From Podarcis tiliguerta (lineage: Eukaryota): DNA of 64,000 nt. Position 1 is the first letter of the stretch, and each line of letters starts with the position of its first letter. A program made the position numbers and the translations under genes. The DNA lies in the NCBI GenBank assembly GCA_965153285.1, contig OZ229111.1, one strand, 5' to 3'. The notes under the pieces were generated by a model that saw only the letters and a program-made list of their open reading frames with translations, had not been told where the DNA came from and searched no databases. Positions 53,516-64,000 of this stretch are shown here, piece after piece.

Positions 53516-55758
53516 TAACTGGAAAGGCTAAGCGAATGGACAGTTTGGGATGACAGCAAGTGGTCTGTACAAGTAAATTCTGTACCCATAATACCTTTAC
53601 CATAATACTGCTACATCAAAGTTCTCATCAGTTTTTGCCACATACAATTGTGCGAAGGGGAGAAAGGTGCTGTATCCTATCCTCCAGGATCAGAGGTGGC
53701 ACACCTCTGTATACCAGTTGCTGGAGTGCACATATCCTACCTCCTCCCAATATCTGGTATCTGGTTGGCCACGGTGGGAAACAAGATGCTAAATCATATC
53801 AGCTTTTGATTGGATCAAGCAGGGCTCTTCTTATATCATTAACTACTTGGGGGTCAACCCCTGCCCCCCCCAATTTGGCAGAACTATTGTAGCATAATAT
53901 AAACTACCAACTAAAGGACAATTAATGCCTTCTTAATTACACACATTTTGAAGCCCAAACATTTAGATGCTGGTACAGATAGATGTGCCATTAAAATTAG
54001 GGCTGTACAAGATGCCTTTCACACAGTTAGCAATTGCATTAATGGCCCTTTTAAAATAGGAACTTAGTAGGCACAGGGATTCAGTATGAATTGGCAGGAG
54101 AACAGGGAGCTTTAACCTCTTACTGCTGCTGCAATCCCAGTCTGGATTGGGAGTTCCACACCTGCCATTTGCAGTGGAAGAAAAGCTTCCAGATTACACA
54201 TGGACAAGTCTTCAGTTGCTCAGAGGTGGCCACTGGCAAGCAAAATTCAGGATACTACTTCATAGACTCTGAACAGGGGGTCAACTTGTCTTGCAGCAAT
54301 GCACCTTGGGAACAAGCAAAATCAAACTGTGCTACCATCAGCTTTGTTTCTTAGAAATGGAACACATCTTTCTTTTGAAGTCTGACTATATCACCTCATC
54401 ACTGTATATCTTTCAAATGTACCAAATTGATAGGTAATGGAACCAATTTTCTCATTATGTAAACTCAATACCAGAATGTACTTAGTGGCATCCTCTTTCA
54501 ACTGCACCTATTGGACTGTCACAACACTCTTTAGAACTGGATCTCAGAACTTGCGAGTAAGATACAGAAGCCCTCCCCCCCCCCCTTTTCAGAAAGGAAA
54601 GTGAATATTTGGGACTTGAGGATATTTCAGACTTTTCTTTCTTGGCACACTCTGTCAGCAGATTCTTTTGACAGAGCTCTTTCTGTTCTTTGCTACCTTA
54701 CAATGAACCCAATTTCATATGTCAGATATTGGGAGTGTATAATCGGTTAAGCTGACTCCCTGGGAACTTGGGTCACCCTAATTGGCTGAAAGAGTCATCT
54801 GGTACGATACGACTCCCTGCCATTCCAAGCAGCCTGGAATACTTCACTAAGAATGAAAGTGGTTAGAAACATGAAGCTCCGACACAGAAGCTACAAACGA
54901 AACACTGAGGAATGCTTCTCAGTTAAAACATGCCAGGCAATATTATTTAATTTGACATATTTAACACTGCCTCTTAACTTGAATGATTCATAAGAGGGCT
55001 CACAATGTGCAAAAGCCATGCATTAAAGCCACAGTAAAGAGCAATAGGTAGCAAATAAAAATCAGATAATGACCTGCATCAGAATTAGTTAAAACAAAGG
55101 TGGTTGGGGAAGCTGAATCTTTTAATTTCTGCTAACAGACTGTGGTTAACTACTGGCCATTCCTTTCCCTACATTTCAGTAATTGCTGGTGGTGTAAACT
55201 GATGTAAATCAATTAGGTAGCACTGACCACCTGAATTTTGATGTGGGAGTTGTACCACTCACCAGATAGAGTGAGATATGCAACAATTAGTGCTTTTAGA
55301 GGGCGGGCTTCTGCACATTTGTTATTATTTATAAAATACTAGTAGATGGAGTCCTCCATTAATTGGCAAGCACAAAATATAAGTGGTTACCAATGGAGGT
55401 TGCAGAAATGGCAAGAGCGGAAACATGCTTATACATGCTGTGCACATTATTCTACTTAACTAAAATGTGAAAGTCAGCTATGTCCCTTTAGTTCATTATC
55501 CATTCCCAGCACTTTAACAAGTTTGCTGCCGAGAGCCACAGTTTTCACCGTAAAATCCTCCAGTTATGTTTGTCTGCATATTTTCTGTCTTATGTATTTT
55601 CACAAACAAGTCTTAAATCACACCTGAAAACTTTAATGAGAGAAAGGAAGGAGAATTGGTGAATAGTCTTTGTTTTTAAAACAAATGCAATAAAGCATTG
55701 CAATAATGTTTTAAAAATGGCTTCTGAATTCAAAATTCCAAACCACTACCAAATAATG

Positions 55759-56124
55759 GGGGACGCGGGTGGCGCTGTGGGTTAAAGCCTCAGCGCCTAG
55801 GGCTTGCCGATCGAAAGGTCGGCGGTTCGAATCCCCACGGCGGGGTGCGCTCCCACTGTTCAGTCCCAGCGCCTGCCAACCTAGCAGTTCGAAAGCACTC
55901 TCGGGTGCAAGTAGATAAATAGGGACCGCTTACTAGCGGGAAGGTAAACGGCGTTTCCGTGTGCGGCTCTGGCTCGCCAGAGCAGCGATGTCACACTGGC
56001 CACGTGACCCGGAAGTGTCTTCGGACAGCGCTGGCCCCCGGCCTCTTTGAGTGAGATGGGCGCACAACCCTAGAGTCTGTCAAGACTGGCCCGTACGGGC
56101 AGGGGTACCTTTACCTTTACCCCT
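55759..56124 (+). mobile_element. Sauria SINE, full length
   Basis: tRNA-like head (GGTGGCGCTGTGG A-box, GGTTCGAATCC B-box), (ACCTTT)n tail, perfect 12-bp TSD TACCAAATAATG (55747-55758, 56125-56136). Confidence 0.93.
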
Positions 56125-57054
56125 TACCAAATAATGAGTTATGCTCACTGGAAAATATTGTTTAGCAACTATTGGCAGAGTTTTATCCTGATGTTTGCAG
56201 CATCAGCGTATCAATGTTTAGAATGAGACATCAAGAGATATACCATCAAGCCAAAGAGCAACACTTTAGAATTGGAGCACCACACTTACAGAGTTCCATA
56301 CCCGCTAATGTAACATGATATCAGGGTTTGCATAGTTAATCCAAGCTTGCCAGTAAGCCCAAGCTACTCAGGAAAGCTATGGCTTTGTCTGCGTGAAGTC
56401 TCCAAACAGCTTTTTTTAAAAAATAAATGTCAGAATTTTAATTCCCCCCCTCCTCCGTTTGCTGACAGCAATGTAATCAAGAGGTATTCTGTGAAAAATA
56501 AGGGCCTCTCAGACTCATCCAACACAAGGTGCAGAACAATATTGAACTACAACTATCCTGATAGGAGATCACAAAGGGTGGTGATCCCATTACACAGCTT
56601 CCCCACAAAAAAAGGCAAAACTTCACAGCAACATCATTTTTTTCTTCCACAAATCTGAACCCCACAATGAGGATATCACACATTCTCACGCACATTTTCC
56701 ACAGCCAGGCTGGACAAGTTGGTTTCATTCTCAATACAGCTGGCAGGTATAAAGCATAAAATAGTAGTATTGTCAACCAGCAGCTAAATTCACCAATGCT
56801 GTCCATCCTTCTGACTGTCCCCTGTTCCAAAATGCTGAACCCAGCATACCAGTCTAAAGCAGGACTACAACTCCCATCTTAGCCGACCACGGGTCATGCT
56901 GACTGCAGCAGATGGGAGTCCAACAAAAGCTGGTAGACCAGAAATCAACTTGACCTAAAGGCTTTGTGTAACAAAACAGCACAGCTCAGTGCAATATGGT
57001 GACCTCTACACAATAAGTACAAGTCAGAATAAGCTGCACCTTAGTTACTCACAC

Positions 57055-57419
57055 CGGGTGACGCTGTGGGTAAAACCTCAGTGCCTAGGACTTGCCGATC
57101 GCATGGTTGGCGGTTCGAATCCCCGCGGCGGGGTGAGCTCCCGTCTTTTGGTCCCAGCTCCTGCCCACCTAGCAGTTTGAAAGCACCCTTAAGTGCAAGT
57201 AGATAAATAGGTACCGCTTTATAGCGGGAAGGTAGGCGGCGTTTCTGTGTGCTGCGCTGGTGCTGGCTCGCCAGAGCAGCTTTGTCACGCTGGCCACGTG
57301 GCCCGGAAGTGTCTCCGGACAGCGCTGGCCCCCGGCCTCTTAAGTGAGATGGGCGCACAACCCTAGAGTCAGACACGACTGGCCCGTACAGGCAGGGGTA
57401 CCTTTACCTTTACCTTTGG
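57055..57419 (+). mobile_element. Sauria SINE, slightly 5'-truncated
   Basis: Colinear with the 55759 copy; TSD TACTCACAC (57046-57054, 57420-57428). Confidence 0.92.
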
Positions 57420-60400
57420 TACTCACACATCTACATGTAATGGGCCCTGGATGTATATTGTTTTCACAATGTGTATACACACACATATGTCCCCCCCCCC
57501 CACTTCCTATAGATAGTGCTTTAGGTATGAAGAAGAGCAAGAAAAGACATGGCCATTATGTTTGCTGGCTGATCAGCTGAAATCCATTCCTCTCTCAAAG
57601 TGGCTCCTTGCTCTGTGAACAGGATTGCAAAGGAGAGAATGAAGATACCAATATAGCTCTTGCAACAATCAGCTGGGATTTGAAAGTGATCCTTTTTTGC
57701 AGCCTCAACCTTACATGGCTTTGTAAAGTTTATCTAGATGTAAACTGGAAGATTTATCTACATGTTAAGGATTTCTCATTGCATCAAGCAGGCTTACTTC
57801 CAAAGTACACATTGTTAGGATCTGACTGTTTGCGATATTTTAGCACCTCGCTACACATAATGCATTGCTAATGAGTGTTCCACTTTCTGAAACCTTATTC
57901 CCTTATATGTACTTCACACCCTCTCTCACCATATACCGTAGCTCTAAAGCCACAGGTTTGCTCTCAAGAGGCACATGTATGTGCTAAGAGCTTTGCAAAA
58001 GGAGATCTCCGACAACATGACTATTTTCTGGCATAGTAACACATATTACAACTCCAACATTAGCACTTCCACACATTCTAGCACACTGAGTCAACTTCTG
58101 AGATTACCCGCATCTCTTATGCTTGTGTCCTTTGTGATTAATGCAGAAACAGATAATCTTATCTGCAAAAGGTATCATCAACCATTTTCTCTTTCCTAAA
58201 CCAAGTAATAACTGAACAAAGAGCACAGAGCACAAACGGTACACTTTGCCAACAATTACAAGTGACATACACACCCCATGGTTCTTCTCATTAATTGGTA
58301 ACAAGAGATGCTCGAATCATACATTCTGAAACTGGCAAACCAATCAGCATTATACTGTCTTTAGAAACCATGTGCAACACCCCCCTCTGGTGGCTGGACC
58401 ACAGGGAATGGTGCTGGGCCACATCTCTCTCTCAAAACTCTTTTCTGTGGCCAAGTGTCCCTTGAACTTTTCCATTCATCTGAAGTACTTTGCAGATGGT
58501 GGATCAGATCACGAACTGGAAGCAGCACAGTTGGAATCAAGTAATGCTTCTCAACCTGTTACCTCTCAACCTATGTTAAAAAGAATAAAGAGTAAGCACT
58601 GAAGGGTGCATAAAGCCTTCCACTCAGCACTCTATTCATACGTTGGCTGTTGGAAGCTGAATGCACACCAAGCCAAGCAATACAGCTGCATCACAAGGTA
58701 CCCATTCATTTGAAGTGAACCCCGATGAGTCTGCTTCTGAAAGCAAACAAGTACATCACATGGAAAGTTACATGAGTGGGTCACATATACTCTACTGCAG
58801 TTAAGCCTGTAAAAGCAAAATTCAGTTAGCTGGTGACTCTTCCATGTAATGATCATCTGCTACAAACAATACAAGTATGACTGACTGGTGACCCCAGTTA
58901 AAGATTTTCAGTATGGCCCTGATGCTGAACAAAATCAAGAATTTTGCTTGTGTGATCTTTTGGGTTCTCTCCTGGCCATTAACTGCACAACCATAGCAAA
59001 GGAGCTGAGATTAAGATGTATAACAAAAAGAAAAAAACTTATGAAAGTCTGACTTTCCAGAAGTATTCCACCTTTATATAATTTGGTTTTTCTTTGCACA
59101 CATCCTAAACAAAACTCACTAGAAGATAAAATGGATTCCTTTTTCAAGAGTAACAGCACTTTCCCTATTTTCACTGCTTGCATCTTAAACGATCTATTCC
59201 TTCATTTATATAACCTTCATGCCTTCCCAAGATTCCCATTCCAGTCTGCCAAAGACACCACTAACATTATTTTCCATTCTAGAAAAGCCTAATTCTACAT
59301 TACACACATCATCGGAACAGAGCTCAAACTTCACAGCCTACTTCTGCATAGCACCAGAGTACTACTTTCCCTATATGGAGAATTAGCAAAGTATTCTATG
59401 CTTAACGTAAGAAACACTGAACTTCTCCAGTTCCCCCCCAATTCTTAGAAAAGGCATCCCTCTCAACAGCATTTTAACTATAACACACCTACCTCTTTGT
59501 AGCATCTCAATATGAAGTTTGGGTTTCAATCAGAACATTTATTTACAATCATAATTTAATCAATAAGCTCTGGGACCATCAACCAGCCCTAACAAATAAT
59601 GCTCTCTCTTAATAATTCAACATAGGAATCCAAAGTGTGGACATTCCCTCTGTTAGCCACTTGCCACGCTCCACTCTAAAGAACTCAGTCCCACAGTAAC
59701 CACAGATTTTTAGGGCCTTGTACAACTGTCCCAACAGAAATAAAAATCCTCTCCCTCAAGGAACGTAAACCTGAATTACTACCAGTTCTGACCTGCTGCA
59801 GTGCAAACCTGCAAGAGGCCAAGACAGGGAAAGGTAACCAGATGGGATTATGTTAAGACCGAACAGCATGTTATAATCAAAGGGCCTACCTTTTCTTAAA
59901 TTATCAGCCTGCAGAAGTCAGACGGTACAGCTAAGTACATCAAAGCCATTCTTCACCTTCCCAAGTCCCTCAATCGGGCCCAAACGGAAGCCACCTCACA
60001 TTAAGAGTGGGAAATCTCTCTACTTCTCAGCTCCACCGATCCTGTCACATTCCCCTCCCTCCACCCGGGGTGAAGACCGGGGCTGCCCGTCCCTAGACAA
60101 AACCACAACACCTCTTCCTTGGACCCCCGAGAGGGCTGGTATCATAGACTCAGAGCCTCTTCTTCTCCCCGGGCTACCCAGCCTATTACTCCCCCTCACC
60201 TCCGACCTCCATCTTGCCAGTCTGGAGTGTGGCTTCTCTTCCCCTATGGCTCCCCAGAAGGCCCAATCCATACTACAGCTTTGCCAGCTCTCTGGGAGAC
60301 CGGCTCCAAGGGGCAGAGAGAGAGGGGGGGTGGAGTGAAACAGCCCGCTTAAAAGACCTAAAGCCAGACCCTGTAAAGAACAAGAGTAAGGATCAAACCC

Positions 60401-60629
60401 TTCCGAGGCCCAGGAGCCTGCCTTTGGCACATACTTTTAAGAAACGCAAGCGGAGCACATCAGGCCCCGGGCCTGCCTGGTCTGATCTCCAGTGATCTCC
60501 TGTAGAACTGGGAGGGCGTGGCCAGAGCAGAACCCTCAGCACACAGGCCTGCTGCCCCGCGCCCAATTGGCTGTTTCGCTTCGTTCAAGTTTGTATAACA
60601 AATCAAAACTAGGTGACTGAACACAGTTA

Positions 60630-60975
60630 TAATAATAATACTTTATTATTCATACCCTGTCTGTCTGTCTGGGTTTCCCCAGCCACTCTGGGATGCTCCC
60701 AACAGAATATTAAAAACACGATAAAAGATCAAACACCGAAAACTTCCCTAAACAGGGCTGCCTTCAGATGTCTTCTAAGCGTCAGAGAATTGTTTATTCC
60801 CTTGACATTTTGATGAGAGAGTGTTCCACAGGGCGGGCGCCACTACCGAGAAGGCGCTCTGCCTGGTTCCCTGTAACCTTACTTGCAGTGAGGAAACTTC
60901 CAGAAGGTCCTTGGAGCTGGACCTCAGTGTCCGGGCTGAACAATGGGGGTGGAGACGCTCCTTCAGGTATACTTC
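60630..60975 (-). mobile_element. L2-like LINE 3' end
   Basis: AT-rich tail followed by ggctgccttcagatgtcttcta...gttccacagggcgggcgccactaccgagaagg. Confidence 0.7.
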
Positions 60976-61426
60976 AGTTATAATGGTCCTCTGTCCTCCC
61001 CAACCTCCCCAACTTCCGGGCAGTGGACTAGTGGGACTAGACTAGTCCCCTAAATGTTCCTGGTAAATTAGAGTATTAAAGCATTAAAGCCTGGCACCTC
61101 CTCCTCAAAGCCCAGGAGGCTTCTGCCCCGCTGCCGGCAACCATCCTCACAAGCTGGTGCTTCTGACCCAAAGTGTTTCCCTACAAAAAAAATCACTGCA
61201 TGTCACTGCTTCCACGTTTAGAATTCATGTCTTTATAAAACTAATTCTTCTTTTAGTTTTTCTCTTACGTTGTTCCATCAGGGTAGTGTGGGAGCATCCA
61301 TCCACAGCAAGGTCATCTTCTCCAGCTGAAGTACAAAGAAGTATGCATGGCCACAACACCCAGTTTTGTAGAGATGCAGTGGATAACATTATTTTCTAGA
61401 CCCTTTTCACTAGTGTAGGAAATAAA

Positions 61427-61443
61427 TGGCCACCAGATGGCAC
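61427..61443 (+). promoter_or_regulatory. Predicted CTCF site
   Basis: TGGCCACCAGATGGCAC closely matches the CTCF core TGGCCACCAGRKGGCRC. Confidence 0.5.
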
Positions 61444-61544
61444 AAAAAGCATCCATTTTTTTCCTTTTCGTTCAGCACTGTTAAACTACAGTATACGTTA
61501 TTGTGTCAGCTATAGCTAAACTCCACACTATGTTTGGGCAATGG

Positions 61545-61745
61545 GCAGTGTAGTGTAATGGTTAGAATGTCCAGGCTACAGAAACCTAAGTTCAAACCCC
61601 CATTCAGCCATGAAGCTTGATGAGTGACCTTGGGCTAGTGACCAAGTTGTTGTGAAGATAACAGGGAGGGCTGGGTAAAGAAAGGAGGACCATGTACATT
61701 GTTTTGAGCTCCTTAGAGAAGTAGAATATAAATGTGATAAATAAA
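61545..61745 (+). mobile_element. tRNA-derived squamate SINE
   Basis: gtagtgtaatggttaga A-box, gttcaaacccc B-box, cagccatgaagc body, ataaataaat tail. Confidence 0.65.
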
Positions 61746-63574
61746 TACAACAGCAAAGCTCTTAATGGGGGTAGATTGCTGACAATATATTACATCCGTT
61801 TTCAAACATTTGCATGCATTGCCAGTGTGCTTCTAAGCACACATCAAAGTATATTTTTGATATTTAAAGCCCTGAACCAAAGTTATCAGAGGCATACCAC
61901 CACTATTATGTCCTTGGGGACACGGGAAAAGCAATGCTTAACAGTCCCCTTGTTTGTTGCAGTAGGATGAGGGGTACTCTTTGGAACACTATTCCTAGGG
62001 AATGCATTTAACGAACTCTTGCATCAGCTTTCAAAAGTATAATGTTTAATATCCTTTTAGGAGGGTGTTTGGGTTAGAGGCATCCAATGGTTGCATTTTC
62101 CTCTTTGCTCTTAATGATTTGTGTTTTCTTTTTCTTTTTTTTTTAAATTCTGTCAACTGAAATGACTTTTGAAGTCTAATCAAGCAAGGCTAAAAGCTGC
62201 TAAATAAATAGTGAACACACAAGACCGTGTACTGTATTTGTAGTTTCCAATCTTCCATGTACAAGAAATTCATCAGGAAAGAGCCAAAACCCAATCACTG
62301 TATCGTGCTACAATAAGGGTCTGGCCTGTAAGTCTTATCTAACCTGATCAATACAATTATTAGCCATTACTCCTTTGCAAAAACGTTACAAGTGGAATGG
62401 CTCACAACACAATCCCACACTTGAACCATAGGGCAACAGAAGGTTAAACTTCAAGTTTGTTCTCCTAACTAGAATTGCCAGAAAACATTCCACAGGCCAG
62501 GCGCTGATAGTCTTAAATGCATCATGGCTGAAGAACGTGCCTGATCGGGTCTGTGGATGCCCAAACCACTCTCCTATTCCTGCCAAAACTACAAATGCAC
62601 TAATTTGTAATACTCCCTCACTTATCCACCAAGGTTTACAGCATGCTACAAGTTAGCAAGAGGCAGTAGTCACTCAAGCCAGCTTCTGTCTCCATTTAAA
62701 CATAATAGGGTTCTCTTGAGCAATATGTCCAATGTTTTTTCCCCTTTTTTGTAATTTAGTAGACAGACCCCTTTACAGTCTTCGGTCTGAAATCACCTCT
62801 TGATTAACCTACTAACAAACAGAACAGGTTGATCAGGAAACGAATCATTCTGGTCAAGGATTTCAGTACTCAGGGTCAATGCTCAGTTTTACACATTAAA
62901 ACTGGAAGGGAAGGGAAGTTGCTACTGCAGCCACCAGGTTTAAAACCATCATGAGAATATAATTAAATAACATCATATACCGGTACATTTGTCTTCCTCT
63001 GCATCCTAAAGAAGCTAGGAACAAGCGTTTCTCACCTCCTTTACACCCCTTTCAAAGGAACCTAACAAAAATCAAACTGGTAGATGTTTGCTACCAGAAA
63101 ATATAACAGTTAACAGTTATTGGGTGCTCTTGCCTGCAGTGCAATTTAAGCTGGTCCAAAAATTTGACCAGAATGTTTTAGGGGTGTCCTGGACCACTTT
63201 GGGGGTATCCATAGAGCCTGGTATGGGCCTCAAACCTTATGCTTGACCCCTCTGCTTTAGTTGGCACTGTGAATCAAACAGTTATAGAGAAAGGCTCACA
63301 GAGTCACCAAGTCAAGGCATTACTAATTGTACATGAACCTCTACAGTGACCCACAGCAGCATATGAGAAAATAAGCAAGCTGGATCTTCTTGAAATTTCA
63401 GTTTATTTTGCTGCCTTCCCAATTCAAAAGCCAGCAACAAGGGCAGGGGTAAGAGATATAGAAAGCAACTCCAGGAAACGTTCCGTGTTTCTGTTCCATA
63501 ATAATAAAATGCATTTTAAAAGATAATCTAAAATACTTGGAGCAAGTAACAAATCAGGATAAGATCTAGGTGAT

Positions 63575-63950
63575 ATAAGAATAAGAAGAGTTCTGCTGGA
63601 TCAGACCAAAGACCTATCTAGTCCAGCATCCTATTCTCAAAGGGGCCATTCAGACCTACGGGAAGTCAACAACCAGGTCACGATCACAACCGCACTTTCT
63701 CCCGTTGTGCTTCCCGACAAACAGTATTCAGAAGCACATCACCTCTGACACGTGAGATTATACACAGCCACCATGACCAGGAGCCTTAAAGATGGTGACC
63801 ATCACAACATTTCTGACAGCATGTAGTTTAACTATGCCCTGCATGAAGATATACTTCCTTTTGTGTGCCTTGGCACTTCCAACATTCAACATCTAGTTCT
63901 ATTTTTATGAAGGGGAGGAAAACCTCTCTATCAACTTTCTCCACATCGTA
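63575..63950 (-). mobile_element. CR1 LINE 3' fragment
   Basis: ataagaataagaagagttctgctggatcagaccaaagacctatctagtccagcatc is the reverse complement of a CR1 3' end. Confidence 0.7.
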
Positions 63951-64000
63951 CTGCTAGATCAGTCTACAGATAGATACAGATTGTGGAAATTTGATGGACG

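Noticed and set aside
55759-55840. tRNA gene
   Set aside because: The A/B boxes belong to the SINE head and are followed by the SINE body, tail and TSD.
61033-61049. Perfect 8-bp inverted repeat GGGACTAG-A-CTAGTCCC
   Set aside because: Too short and isolated, next to a LINE truncation point; no element could be defined.

Overview
Vertebrate genomic DNA from a squamate, probably a lacertid lizard judging by the Sauria SINEs. Two genes lie on the minus strand in the synteny known from mammals. SAMD1 is complete (5 coding exons, 1354-7280, 494 aa, CpG-island promoter). PRKACA (PKA catalytic subunit alpha) has exons 2-10 at 14827-26725, all of canonical size, and a 3'UTR ending near 12700. The usual myristoylated Calpha1 first exon (MGNA...) is not in the window. 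The long first intron holds a strong long alternative first exon at 50342-50531, a paralogue of the PRKACB Cbeta2 exon (CalphaL type), and a candidate 7-nt coding first exon (MD|V, Cbeta4-like) at 40258-40264, in the same order as in PRKACB. Between SAMD1 and PRKACA a chain of plus-strand exon-like fragments with several stops may be a decayed unidentified gene. The remainder is SINEs, CR1/L2 LINE fragments, mariner/pogo, hAT and Harbinger MITEs, microsatellites and one 137-N gap. All calls are by eye; no database searches were run.
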